From an uncultured archaeon (lineage in GTDB: Archaea; Asgardarchaeota; Lokiarchaeia; Sigyniarchaeales; SOKP01), in NCBI GenBank assembly GCA_964493715.1, contig CAZBPC010000077.1, forward strand, positions 1 to 15,808: a stretch of 15,808 nucleotides of DNA. Direction: 5' to 3'. How positions within the stretch are numbered: position 1 is the stretch's first letter; each line of letters opens with the position of its first letter. The notes beneath the pieces were generated by a model. That model searched no databases and was not told the origin of the DNA. It worked only from the letters and a program-made list of their open reading frames with translations. The position numbers were made by a program, and so were the translations under genes. Of this stretch, positions 1-9,540 are shown piece after piece.

Positions 1-95
1 TGTCAAATTATATTACAGGGCATTGTTTTCCTGTGGATGGAGGAATGTCTGAAGTGGGCGTACCGCCATATAAATTAAAAGATGTAAAATATTAG
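1..95 (+). CDS. C-terminal fragment of a classical short-chain dehydrogenase/reductase (FabG-like SDR), truncated by window start
   Basis: Frame starting at nt 3 reads SNYITGHCFPVDGGMSEVGVPPYKLKDVKY* (TAG at 93-95). YITGxxxxVDGG is the typical SDR C-terminal motif. Not in the ORF track. Confidence 0.85.
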   Translation, partial: SNYITGHCFPVDGGMSEVGVPPYKLKDVKY

Positions 96-136
96 GATAT
101 ATCTAAAATAATTATAAAATAAAAAAATAAGAAAAT

Positions 137-2716
137 TTAATTTGTATTTACTTTCTTTTTCTTTTTGGTAGATTCAGGATTTCTCCTTAGATCTTCAAAA
201 CCTGAAGGAAATAGGTTAGTCAGTTTTCTGGGTGTTGTGTCATATCCATGTTTTTGCATTATCTTATAGAGTTTTTCAGAATTGTAATCATTAGAATAAT
301 CCATTACCTCAATTGCTAATAATATGTAAGAGAATGAGGTGAGGAATGGTGTCCCATAGAACATTACTGTAATAAGGAAAATTCCGAATATAAACATGAA
401 AATAGCATTATTATCTGTTCCAGTGAAGAATCCAGAAAAATCTACGGTCTGAAAAAATGCGAAAAAAGTTATTATTGCTGAAAATCCCGCAATACCTTTG
501 ATAATTGATTGCGCCCATATACTGATAGGCTCAATATCTCCAGGTCTTCTATGTTTTTTTGATTCAAGATAATAGGCAATTCCAGCATCATCAAGTAAAT
601 AATTTCCCGAAATAAAGAACGAGAAGATTATAAATGTGAGGACCATTGGAAGGATACATAACAGATTATATCCAATCAAAAACTGGAAGAATTCTTGCCC
701 ACCAAAAATATCGAAAGATTGAGGGAAACCGAAAATATGGGAAAGTGTATTGTATGAATAGAAACCAATGGCGATTGAAAGTAGTAAGGGAAGGATTACC
801 CTTTTTAGTCTAATCATTGTACTTAATTGGTTCCTGTTTTGTAGATCTTCGACAAAAATGGCATGTTTATAGTTTTTTGAAAATTTAAAAAAGAAATTAC
901 GGAGCTTAATGAATCCAAAAGCAAATTGAGGAGCGAATTGATTATAGATACCTGCTGTTAATGGAAGTAACCCAAACCAAATAATCGTAGTAGTGATATA
1001 TACAATCGTGACTCCTGTCATTGGATCACCCATAACGAGTGTTCTATTGAAAATATTTAACTGAATTAAAAACATGACGAAACTGATAGTCATTAACACA
1101 ATGACTACTACGTTAACTACGACTGCCATTTTACTCTGCTGTAACCTATTGCGTTTTGGTTTTAACTTCTTTCCATTAATAATTAGTATGATTAGACCGA
1201 AAAGAAGCATGAGAGTAAGAATTATGAATATTGCGATTCCAGGTTCGAAAAGAGGAGATATCCATATGGCAATTGGTTTTTGGGTTGCAAGAGCTGTAAT
1301 TCTGTCACCATTCTCAAAAGCATAATCTTTTTTGCCATCACCATCAATGTCGGGAATAGTTATAATGGAATTTATATGATAATCAGTATTAGTTAATGCT
1401 AATTCAGAATTTGATCCGGGATCAATTAATACAAATCGTCTAACAGCTTGCGATAACACAGGAGTATAAGTATAATAAAGCAGAAGTTCATCACTATTAT
1501 CTCCTGATAAATCTTCCCCTATTACAAAGCAGTGGGGCATTTCCTCATTTTCATCTGGCGTAAATTTGTAATATTCCCATATAATGTTTTGTTCAGTAAG
1601 AGATATGGAATAAACATACGCAAAATATTGCCTTTCGTTATAAAGTGTAATACTAACCAAAACATGAGCAATTCCATCATCGATAAGTGTATTCATTGCG
1701 GTTAAATCTGCATCAGTCTCAGTTATTGGGATCATAAAATGATGAATGAGGTTTCCATCCAAACCATTTAAGAGACTAACATTCCCTTCCCAACTTATTG
1801 TTAAAATCTCGGGTATCCCATCAAGGTTGAGATCTTCAACATAACAGAATCTTCTAATATGTAATCCATTTTTAGAAAAAATGGGATCTAACAAATTATC
1901 TGCACTTGTGTTATACAAGGTAATATTATTTTCCCTAAGAAAAAGGGCATGATTTTGACCGTTATAATCAAATTCTCTTAAAGCTGGAGTAACGATATCA
2001 TAATGTGCATCAGAATTAAGATAAGCATTCATGAATATAGAATTAGTTTTAGTACCATTGACAAAATAAGTAGACATGTTTATATGATAATTATCATCGG
2101 GAAGGGCAAAGTATTTTCCCTCTAATAATATGAAATCTTCTATGTTATCACCAAAATCACTGATTCTAATAACACCTACAACAAAATTTGTGGTTATATT
2201 TCCTGAGAGTGAACTTCCATCCTCTCCACTTATTATTATATTTGTAAAGTTATCAGGAATCGTAATAGGTTTTAATCGATCCCCCGATTCTACGCCCCAT
2301 GACTTCTCAACTCTTATCATGTTTGCAAAAAAATCCTCATAACCATCCGAATTAATATCTCCTATGGGAAAAAGATTCCGTACAGGTGTACTATATTCTT
2401 TCGACCAAATTTCTAATCCTGTTAAGCCATCTATGGCATAAATAGCCCCGTGTTGCGTGATATTATGAGTATATTTGTTTAAATCTTTCAAATCAACACT
2501 TCGAGTATAACTATTCGAAATTATATCTGGAACTCCATCATCATTTAAATCGTTAGTGAGTTGAATATTAAGCTCGGCAGGATATTGGTTAGAGATACCA
2601 TCCCAATTATATCCCGGAATTAGCTCCATCTGCGTAATAAACACGATTCCAAGAGCGCCAAAAATGAGAAACGATATCGCCAATAGGATAATGTTTACAG
2701 GGTTTTTTAATTTCAT
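137..2716 (-). CDS. Large membrane protein: N-terminal TM/signal anchor, extracellular FG-GAP/VCBS-type Ca-binding repeat (beta-propeller-like) domain, C-terminal multi-pass membrane domain
   Basis: 859-aa ORF with a hydrophobic N-terminus. It has about 6 Dx[N/D]xDGxx[D/E]hh-like motifs (DLNDDGVPDII, DINSDGYEDFF, DFGDNIEDFIL, DLNLDGIPEIL, DLSGDNSDELL, DIDGDGKKDY) and PQQ-like blade segments (AIYAIDGLTGLEIWS, VSLLNGLDGNLI). About 7 hydrophobic segments follow residue ~490. Confidence 0.8.
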   Translation of the reverse strand: MKLKNPVNIILLAISFLIFGALGIVFITQMELIPGYNWDGISNQYPAELNIQLTNDLNDDGVPDIISNSYTRSVDLKDLNKYTHNITQHGAIYAIDGLTGLEIWSKEYSTPVRNLFPIGDINSDGYEDFFANMIRVEKSWGVESGDRLKPITIPDNFTNIIISGEDGSSLSGNITTNFVVGVIRISDFGDNIEDFILLEGKYFALPDDNYHINMSTYFVNGTKTNSIFMNAYLNSDAHYDIVTPALREFDYNGQNHALFLRENNITLYNTSADNLLDPIFSKNGLHIRRFCYVEDLNLDGIPEILTISWEGNVSLLNGLDGNLIHHFMIPITETDADLTAMNTLIDDGIAHVLVSITLYNERQYFAYVYSISLTEQNIIWEYYKFTPDENEEMPHCFVIGEDLSGDNSDELLLYYTYTPVLSQAVRRFVLIDPGSNSELALTNTDYHINSIITIPDIDGDGKKDYAFENGDRITALATQKPIAIWISPLFEPGIAIFIILTLMLLFGLIILIINGKKLKPKRNRLQQSKMAVVVNVVVIVLMTISFVMFLIQLNIFNRTLVMGDPMTGVTIVYITTTIIWFGLLPLTAGIYNQFAPQFAFGFIKLRNFFFKFSKNYKHAIFVEDLQNRNQLSTMIRLKRVILPLLLSIAIGFYSYNTLSHIFGFPQSFDIFGGQEFFQFLIGYNLLCILPMVLTFIIFSFFISGNYLLDDAGIAYYLESKKHRRPGDIEPISIWAQSIIKGIAGFSAIITFFAFFQTVDFSGFFTGTDNNAIFMFIFGIFLITVMFYGTPFLTSFSYILLAIEVMDYSNDYNSEKLYKIMQKHGYDTTPRKLTNLFPSGFEDLRRNPESTKKKKKVNTN

Positions 2717-2912
2717 AGTTCCTTTAATTACTTGATTGTTATTAGAAATTGTATTTTTATATCATATCATACATCTTGCTTCTTATTAATTTAAGGTTTC
2801 TTTTAACTAATTTTGATAAATAAGTTAAAAAAATATCGAATGATTAACCTTTTTTTCTTTACATTTTTATACTAGTTTAATTCCAGTTTTCAACATAATA
2901 ATTATAAAATAC

Positions 2913-2917
2913 GGAGG
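2913..2917 (+). promoter_or_regulatory. Shine-Dalgarno motif for the 137-aa membrane protein
   Basis: GGAGG 8 nt upstream of ATG 2926. Confidence 0.6.
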
Positions 2918-2925
2918 AATTTAAT

Positions 2926-3339
2926 ATGTTAAACATAATATTTGCTATTTTACAAATAATTTTAGCTGTAGGATTGATCGGTTTTTGGGGAATGTTTTAC
3001 TTCACTGAATACAAGAATAAGGAGAGGAAAATGTCAGAAACTGAATACAAGCATGAACTATCATTTCCCTTACCAGATCTTGGATGGGTCCTTCCTAATT
3101 TGATTATCAGCTCAATTGGGCTTTTAATTGGGGCTGATTTTGGGTATTTCTTTACTATTACCGCCGCGAGCGGTATGATGTTTTTAGGCTTGATAGATTT
3201 AGCATATAATCTCCAAAATGGGGGATTCAATATAAAAGAGCATGGATTTGATGCTTACATGAGCATGTTTATTGTCTCTGTAATGTTAATCTTCGGTCCA
3301 ATATTTTTAATCTTTGGATGGTTCAATATGATGCTATAA
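2926..3339 (+). CDS. Hypothetical 4-TM membrane protein, probably co-transcribed with the downstream SDR
   Basis: 137-aa ORF with four hydrophobic segments, a good RBS, and a 21-nt gap to the next gene. Confidence 0.8.
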   Translation: MLNIIFAILQIILAVGLIGFWGMFYFTEYKNKERKMSETEYKHELSFPLPDLGWVLPNLIISSIGLLIGADFGYFFTITAASGMMFLGLIDLAYNLQNGGFNIKEHGFDAYMSMFIVSVMLIFGPIFLIFGWFNMML

Positions 3340-3360
3340 ATTAATAACTGAAAGGAGAAG

Positions 3361-4221
3361 ATGGATATGGTGAAAGAAAAATTACTTAAAAAGCAACCAT
3401 TTAAGGAAAAATCTGCAATAATTTGTGGAGGATCAAAGGGTATAGGAAAAGCTACTGCAAAACTATTTGTTCAGCTAGGCGGAAATGTGTGTATAGTGGC
3501 AAGAACTTTAGATAAATTAAAGGCTGCTGCTGAAGAGATAAAAGGCGTTAAGACAAACGAGAAACAATTTGTAGAAATCATTTCTTGTGATACTTCAAAC
3601 ATGGATCAAGTTGAATCGTTGTTTAATGAGTATATTAAAAATTTTGGAGTTCCGGATTATCTTTTTAACTACGTGGGCATCTCATTGCCAGATTATACAG
3701 AAAAATTAACTATCGACAATTTTAGATTCCACATGAACACTAATTTCTTTGGGCAATTATGTCCAATAAAAGCTTTATTACCTCATTTTATAAAGCGAAA
3801 AGAGGGCTATTTTATTAACATGTCTTCTGTAGCGGGATTTATCGGTTTGATGGGTTATGCAGCCTACACACCTACGAAATTTGCGATTGTAGGTTTAAGT
3901 GAAGTATTACGAAATGAATATAAGGCCGATAACATCAGCGTATCAATGATTTTTCCCCCTGATACGGATACACCCGGACTTCACGAAGAAGCTGAAACTA
4001 GACCAGAAGAACTAAATATTATTTCAGAAAGAGCAGGTCTTCTACAACCTGAAGAAGTTGCTGAGACAATACTTATTGGCGTTCTAAAAAAGAAGCTTTA
4101 CATATTTCCAGGTTCAGCTAAATTTCTGTGGAGGATGATGCGATTCTTTCCAAAATTGGTTCATTGGATCACGGATGGTGATCTTAAAAAGGCTCGAAAA
4201 AAGCTGGGCAAAGATAAATAA
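3361..4221 (+). CDS. SDR oxidoreductase, 3-ketodihydrosphingosine reductase (KDSR/Tsc10)-like subfamily
   Basis: GGSKGIG Rossmann motif, catalytic S (MSSVAG) and YTPTK (YxxxK). The segment FPPDTDTPGLHEEAETRPEE matches the KDSR-like subfamily signature as I recall it. AAGGAG RBS upstream. Confidence 0.85.
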   Translation: MDMVKEKLLKKQPFKEKSAIICGGSKGIGKATAKLFVQLGGNVCIVARTLDKLKAAAEEIKGVKTNEKQFVEIISCDTSNMDQVESLFNEYIKNFGVPDYLFNYVGISLPDYTEKLTIDNFRFHMNTNFFGQLCPIKALLPHFIKRKEGYFINMSSVAGFIGLMGYAAYTPTKFAIVGLSEVLRNEYKADNISVSMIFPPDTDTPGLHEEAETRPEELNIISERAGLLQPEEVAETILIGVLKKKLYIFPGSAKFLWRMMRFFPKLVHWITDGDLKKARKKLGKDK

Positions 4222-4225
4222 ATTT

Positions 4226-4858
4226 TTATTTTTTTTCTTTTTTGGCAAAAATATATCTTAAAACGTGTGAATGGGGTCCTAATTCTCCGTGATTCTCGCT
4301 TTCTTCTATTAATCCCGTCTCTATTACTGAATAATCTTTGAAATGCTCTTTTAAATCAGGCTCTGTGAAGTAATGAGTAGGTCTCCATGGTTTGCTTTCG
4401 AAAGTATTTTCTTCAATTCGTTTTCCCTCTCCAAAACTACTTTCCTTATCGGAAAATACTACGAAAAATATATAACCGTTAGACTTCAATTGCTTATAAC
4501 ATTTATTCAAGAATTTAATTCGATCATCTTTTAGAAGTAAATGTAATAAATTATGGCAGTAGATTCCGTCGTATTTATCATTGGAGAAAGGCATATCTAT
4601 TACTGACCCTTGAAAATATTGTGTTTTTGGATTGAATTTTCTCGCGATACTTATAGCAGATTCAGAAATTTCAATTGCTATTACATCTAAATAAGCATCC
4701 GTGAACAATTTCGTATTTCGACCATAACCTGCACCTGGAACTAATAACTTGTTAAGATCGTGCTTTTTAAAGAGCTCAAGAGCGTAATATGCAGTTTTAC
4801 TCGGTTTTATCCCCCAAATTTTACCTCCATCAGCGAATCGCTTCTCCCAATATTCCAT
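4226..4858 (-). CDS. Class I SAM-dependent methyltransferase
   Basis: Motif I variant LLVPGAGYGRN, acidic motif II (AIEISESAI), GSVIDMPF...YDGIY, and LKSNGYIF. 210 aa. Confidence 0.9.
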   Translation of the reverse strand: MEYWEKRFADGGKIWGIKPSKTAYYALELFKKHDLNKLLVPGAGYGRNTKLFTDAYLDVIAIEISESAISIARKFNPKTQYFQGSVIDMPFSNDKYDGIYCHNLLHLLLKDDRIKFLNKCYKQLKSNGYIFFVVFSDKESSFGEGKRIEENTFESKPWRPTHYFTEPDLKEHFKDYSVIETGLIEESENHGELGPHSHVLRYIFAKKEKK

Positions 4859-4936
4859 AAGAAGATTAATGTTCCTTGCTAAATATCTTTTTATTGATTT
4901 GAAAAATCTCTAACATAAAATATCTGTATTGATCTC

Positions 4937-6040
4937 ATGAAAAGACTTGGATTTATTGTCAATCCTATCGCTGGACTGGGCGGATCTGTTGGTTTAAAAG
5001 GAACCGACGGAGAATTATACAATAAAGCTTTAAAGATGGGTGCTAAATCCATGACTCCAAAATTAATAGAACAGTTTCTAAATGAGGTTAAAAATTTGGA
5101 TAAAATCACCTTTTTAACCGCACCAAGTATAATGGGTGAAGATTATTTAAAATCTAAAGAATTGAATTATGAAGTTATTGGACTAATTGAAAAAAAAACA
5201 TCTTCCAATGACACAATGAACATAGCAAAATTACTATTCAAAGAAAAAGTTGAATTAATTGTATTTTTTGGAGGAGATGGAACTGCTAGAGATTTGTTTG
5301 ATTCGATTGATTTAAATCTACCTGTTATTGCTGTACCTACAGGAGTTAAAATGTTTAGCGCGGTATTTGCTATTAATGCACGAGCAGCGGCAGAATTAGT
5401 CGATGCCTTTTTCTTAAATAATATAGAATTTGAAGAACGGGAAGTATTGGACATTGATGAAGATTCATATGGGAAGGGAATTTTGGAATCAAAACTCTAT
5501 GGATATCTAAAAGTACCAAAAGCACAGAATTTAATCCAAGCAAGCAAGGATACTTCAAGACTAGGGAGTTTACATGAAATTAATAAAAAGAATATAGCTC
5601 TTCATATAACAGAAAATATGAAAAACGATATTCTCTATCTATTAGGTCCAGGTACTACAGTAAAGGCTATTACTGACGAATTAGAATTACCAAAAACTTT
5701 GTTGGGTATAGATGCTGTTTATAATAGGCAAATCGTGGAAAAAGATGTAAACGAACAAGATATCCTAAATTTAATCAAGAAATTTAGTCAAGTACGAGTC
5801 ATTTTATCCCCAATAGGAGCTCAAGGTTTTATTCTGGGAAGAGGAAATAAGCAATTTACACCAAAAATATTAAAAGTATTAGGTAAAAAAAGCCTAATTA
5901 TAATCGCTACAAGAGAGAAATTACGATCACTGAAGTGTTTAAGAATTGATTCGACAGATCTGGAAATTGATAACATGTTTAAAGGATTTATCACTGTTAT
6001 AATAGGATATAAAGAAGAATTGATAACTCAAATTGAATAA
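4937..6040 (+). CDS. ATP-NAD kinase family protein (COG3199-like, archaeal/AcoX-related)
   Basis: N-terminal GFIVNPIAGLGG..GLKGTDG, GGDGTARD kinase motif, PTGVKMFSAVFA, C-terminal LLGPGTT, TLLGID and SPIGAQGFILGRGNKQ. Confidence 0.88.
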   Translation: MKRLGFIVNPIAGLGGSVGLKGTDGELYNKALKMGAKSMTPKLIEQFLNEVKNLDKITFLTAPSIMGEDYLKSKELNYEVIGLIEKKTSSNDTMNIAKLLFKEKVELIVFFGGDGTARDLFDSIDLNLPVIAVPTGVKMFSAVFAINARAAAELVDAFFLNNIEFEEREVLDIDEDSYGKGILESKLYGYLKVPKAQNLIQASKDTSRLGSLHEINKKNIALHITENMKNDILYLLGPGTTVKAITDELELPKTLLGIDAVYNRQIVEKDVNEQDILNLIKKFSQVRVILSPIGAQGFILGRGNKQFTPKILKVLGKKSLIIIATREKLRSLKCLRIDSTDLEIDNMFKGFITVIIGYKEELITQIE

Positions 6041-6117
6041 TTAACAAAATTCATTAATTTGCTAAAGGAAATACTAGATTTACTTTTAAATAAAATTAAA
6101 AATAAATTAAAATAAAA

Positions 6118-7995
6118 TTAGAGGATATTTAGTTCTTTTAATTTTTCTTTTGTAGGTGCCCCTGTATCCCAATCCCAATCTCTTAATTCGTAATATTTCT
6201 TTAGGTTAGGTTCCAAATCAAGAGATACATCGACTGTTTTGCCAGAAGTCAGCACTTTTTTCATGTGGTCTGGTAATCTATCATCTTCCCTAGTTATTCC
6301 GAGTTTCACGTTAATTAATCGTTTGAGATTATTAATTCTCTCACCCACTTTCATTAGGGATTTTTTATTATAATCGAAACCAGTGGCAGCATTGATAAAT
6401 CCAATAATGTGATCAAAGCTAGGGTTCGCAAATCCACAATTTACGGCTGAATCATCAATAGCGCGTAGGTCTTGAAATGCCATAACACCTTTCTCCCTTC
6501 CCTTTATTGAATATCTATCCCCCGGTTTAATACGTAATTTTGGATACGCTACCAGGTTCAATTCTGTCGAAAACCAGTCACATTTTTCATGATTTGCACC
6601 CACGCAACAGGTTATGTAACTTAGCCCTTGACCAGCAAAGGCTCTGGGATCATGCATTGGAATCTCTAATCCTTTCACGTGAGCGGCTAATTCTGGATCA
6701 ACACCTAAATCTTTTGCCATGAATCGTACACCCTCTGCTAAAAGAGCTCCAATTCCATTTCTAGCAGAAATTTTATTGATGAGTTTCAAGATTAAATCAC
6801 CATTCCCCCACCTAATTTCATCCAAATTTATGGTTTCTAGCTTCGATTTAATCTCATCAATTGCAATGTTATTTTCAACTAAATAAATTAAGAAGGCTAT
6901 GCTTACACCGGTGGAAATAGTATCGATTCCATAGACATTACACATATGATGAGCTAATATCACGCTCTTTGAATCAAAGACTCCACATAGTGGTCCAAAT
7001 GCACCTACAGATTCATATTCTGGTCCATCGACACGGATTTCTTTTTCATTTTCTAAAATGATGGTTGTTTTTCCACACCTCATCGTACATCCTGCACAAC
7101 CATAGTCTAAGACGGGATATTCTTCTTTGAGAGTTTTTCCAGAAAGTTTCTCAGCAAGAAATTCAGTTTCAGTATAATAATACCCTGATAGATCTCCAAG
7201 AGCCATTCCAATGTCTAGATAACAATTAGTGCCATATAATGTAAACAACATTGGTACCATTTGTTTCAACAATACAGTTTTTTTCAAGTCTTCTGCTTGT
7301 TTCAAAAACTCTTTGCCAATAGCTGGATCAGCAATTTTAACAGTACTTGTCCCATGGATTGCCAAGGCTTTTAACTTCTTTGATCCCATGAGTGTTCCCA
7401 TACCACATCTCCCAATTGCTCTTCCTTCATCATTGATTATGCAACCGTATTTGACAAGGTTTTCTCCTCCAACTCCGATGGTAGCTACTCGTAAGTTATT
7501 ATTTTTTAATTCTCTCTTAATAATTTTCTGCGTTTCGTAAGTATCTTTACTCCATATGTTATTAGCATCCTTGAATTCAATAGATTGATCATGAATATAA
7601 ATGTATATAGGACTTTTTGATTTTCCTGTAATCACAATAGCATCAAATCCACTATTTCGTAATGAAATGCAGAAAGTTCCTCCCGAACTCCCTTCCCCCC
7701 AGATGCCTGTATGCGGAGATATTCCCGAGACCGTATATCGACCTGAAGAAGGTCTTAGAGTGCCAGTAACTGGTCCAGTAGCAAAAATAAGAGGATTGAT
7801 TCCAGACATTGGATCTTTCTTCAACGTTTCATAATCATCATCTGATAATCTATCATATATTAATTTAGCACTAAGTCCCGTCCCTCCAAGATAATCCTTG
7901 GCGATCTGAGGATCTAATTCTTTAATTTTAACTTTCTGATTATCTAAATCAATAAATGCAACTTTACCATTATAACCAATTAGTTTTTCGCTCAT
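6118..7995 (-). CDS. aor: Tungsten-dependent aldehyde:ferredoxin oxidoreductase family protein
   Basis: 625 aa. Motifs YLGGTGL, SPHTG, GRCGMGTLMGSKKLKA, Fe-S CAGCTMRC, GPEYE, GIDTISTG, HVKGLEIPMHDPR, EDDRLP and YYELRDWD. Confidence 0.95.
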   Translation of the reverse strand: MSEKLIGYNGKVAFIDLDNQKVKIKELDPQIAKDYLGGTGLSAKLIYDRLSDDDYETLKKDPMSGINPLIFATGPVTGTLRPSSGRYTVSGISPHTGIWGEGSSGGTFCISLRNSGFDAIVITGKSKSPIYIYIHDQSIEFKDANNIWSKDTYETQKIIKRELKNNNLRVATIGVGGENLVKYGCIINDEGRAIGRCGMGTLMGSKKLKALAIHGTSTVKIADPAIGKEFLKQAEDLKKTVLLKQMVPMLFTLYGTNCYLDIGMALGDLSGYYYTETEFLAEKLSGKTLKEEYPVLDYGCAGCTMRCGKTTIILENEKEIRVDGPEYESVGAFGPLCGVFDSKSVILAHHMCNVYGIDTISTGVSIAFLIYLVENNIAIDEIKSKLETINLDEIRWGNGDLILKLINKISARNGIGALLAEGVRFMAKDLGVDPELAAHVKGLEIPMHDPRAFAGQGLSYITCCVGANHEKCDWFSTELNLVAYPKLRIKPGDRYSIKGREKGVMAFQDLRAIDDSAVNCGFANPSFDHIIGFINAATGFDYNKKSLMKVGERINNLKRLINVKLGITREDDRLPDHMKKVLTSGKTVDVSLDLEPNLKKYYELRDWDWDTGAPTKEKLKELNIL

Positions 7996-8007
7996 AATTT
8001 AACACCA

Positions 8008-9303
8008 TTAAAAATCTATAGCTTTTCCCTCCCAAGCATATTCAAATATTTTCTTATATAAATCACTATTGATTGGTCGGTATGATGTAAGGCTAACAGC
8101 ATCATCTTCAGCATAAGAAACCATTAAATCTAATTTTGACATATAATCTACTTTTGTTATTTCTGGTTTTCTTAATTCCCTAACACTCGTGGGAGCGTCT
8201 ATTGAATGTATAAAATCTTTCAATTTATCCATAAACTCCTTGAAAAGGTCTTCTCGAGACTTATCCTCAACAGAAATATTAAAAATTGGACATAAATCTT
8301 GCCATCTATCTGTTACTTTTGCTTGAAATTCAATGGAATAGGGTAAATACAATCCCACAGCAATTCCATGGTGAATTCCGAAAATTTTACCTGCAGAATG
8401 ACCTAACGAATGATCAATTCCGGGAACAGTGTTACCAAAACCAATTCCAGCCATCAGTGCGGCCATGTGCATATGATCTCTCGCTTCTATATCTTTTGCT
8501 CCATATGTATAAGCTCGAGGCAAAAATTTAACGATTTCTTTTATTGCTGTGAAGTTTACAGAATCTAAATAAGGAGAACCCCAATTAGATACGTAACTAC
8601 CCATTGCATGAGAGAGTGCATCTAATCCAGTTCCAGCGGTCAACATCGGAGGCATATCTTTTACAAAGTCAGTATCTAATATCGTAATATCAGCGGGAAA
8701 TTCATCGCTCATCACTTCTAATTTTTTAGGGGGATCTCTATCCATATCCGTTAGTACTGCTGCGGAAGATACTTCAGATCCAGTTCCTGATGTAGTAGGG
8801 ATAGCTATGAAAAATCGAAATTTCCTTCTTAATCCTAATGATCCAAAATAAGGAAGAATGTTGAATATGTTTATATCTGGATTCTCATACTTAACTATGA
8901 CCATTTTAGCGGTATCCATTACGCTTCCTCCACCAAGTGCAATTATTACTTGCGGTTTAAATTCTTCACAAATTTGGGCTCCAACATCTATTGTTGGAAG
9001 AGGTACTTCTGGTTCCGCTCCAGACCATATTTTATACTCCATTTCAATGAGATCAAGCATGTTTTCAGTAATTTTTTTAGCATATTTTTGAGTAAAGGAA
9101 TCAGTAATGATTAAGGCTCTTCGATCTTCCTTATCAAACATCGCTTTTAAGTAATTGCTAACTTGAAACAGTCCTACTTTACCCTTGTAAATGCGTGAGG
9201 AAAAGTAATTGGACATTACGCCCCGTAACGCTTTTCCGCCCATTAATGCCATCATATCTTTGACTGTTTGAGATTCATACCAAGCCGGTTGTTCTTTCGT
9301 CAT
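8008..9303 (-). CDS. Iron-containing (group III) alcohol dehydrogenase
   Basis: GGGSVMDTAK, PTTSGTGSEV, and metal ligands in DALSHA, IDHSLGH and HHGIA. It lies 12 nt upstream of aor on the same strand, a likely operon. Confidence 0.93.
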   Translation of the reverse strand: MTKEQPAWYESQTVKDMMALMGGKALRGVMSNYFSSRIYKGKVGLFQVSNYLKAMFDKEDRRALIITDSFTQKYAKKITENMLDLIEMEYKIWSGAEPEVPLPTIDVGAQICEEFKPQVIIALGGGSVMDTAKMVIVKYENPDINIFNILPYFGSLGLRRKFRFFIAIPTTSGTGSEVSSAAVLTDMDRDPPKKLEVMSDEFPADITILDTDFVKDMPPMLTAGTGLDALSHAMGSYVSNWGSPYLDSVNFTAIKEIVKFLPRAYTYGAKDIEARDHMHMAALMAGIGFGNTVPGIDHSLGHSAGKIFGIHHGIAVGLYLPYSIEFQAKVTDRWQDLCPIFNISVEDKSREDLFKEFMDKLKDFIHSIDAPTSVRELRKPEITKVDYMSKLDLMVSYAEDDAVSLTSYRPINSDLYKKIFEYAWEGKAIDF

Positions 9304-9540
9304 TTTTTTTTAATTCCTCTTTTAATTTGTGAATTTCTTTTTAGACCTTATGAAGAAATTCAATTTTTAAAAAAATAGTTAATATGTAATATATTGAATG
9401 TACTAATTAATAAAGACTTATTTAACTTGAAGAATTGAGAGTATTTTAAGCGATTTATAGAAAAATAAATAACATTAAAATACAATGATAAACAACACTA
9501 TTTCACATATAATTTATTAATAATAGGAAGAGAAAATAAA

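Noticed and set aside
6079-6120. Repeated AAATAAA/AATTAAA units between the convergent NAD kinase and aor genes
   Set aside because: Low-complexity AT-rich spacer that likely serves as T-rich termination sequence for aor. It has no regular repeat-spacer structure.
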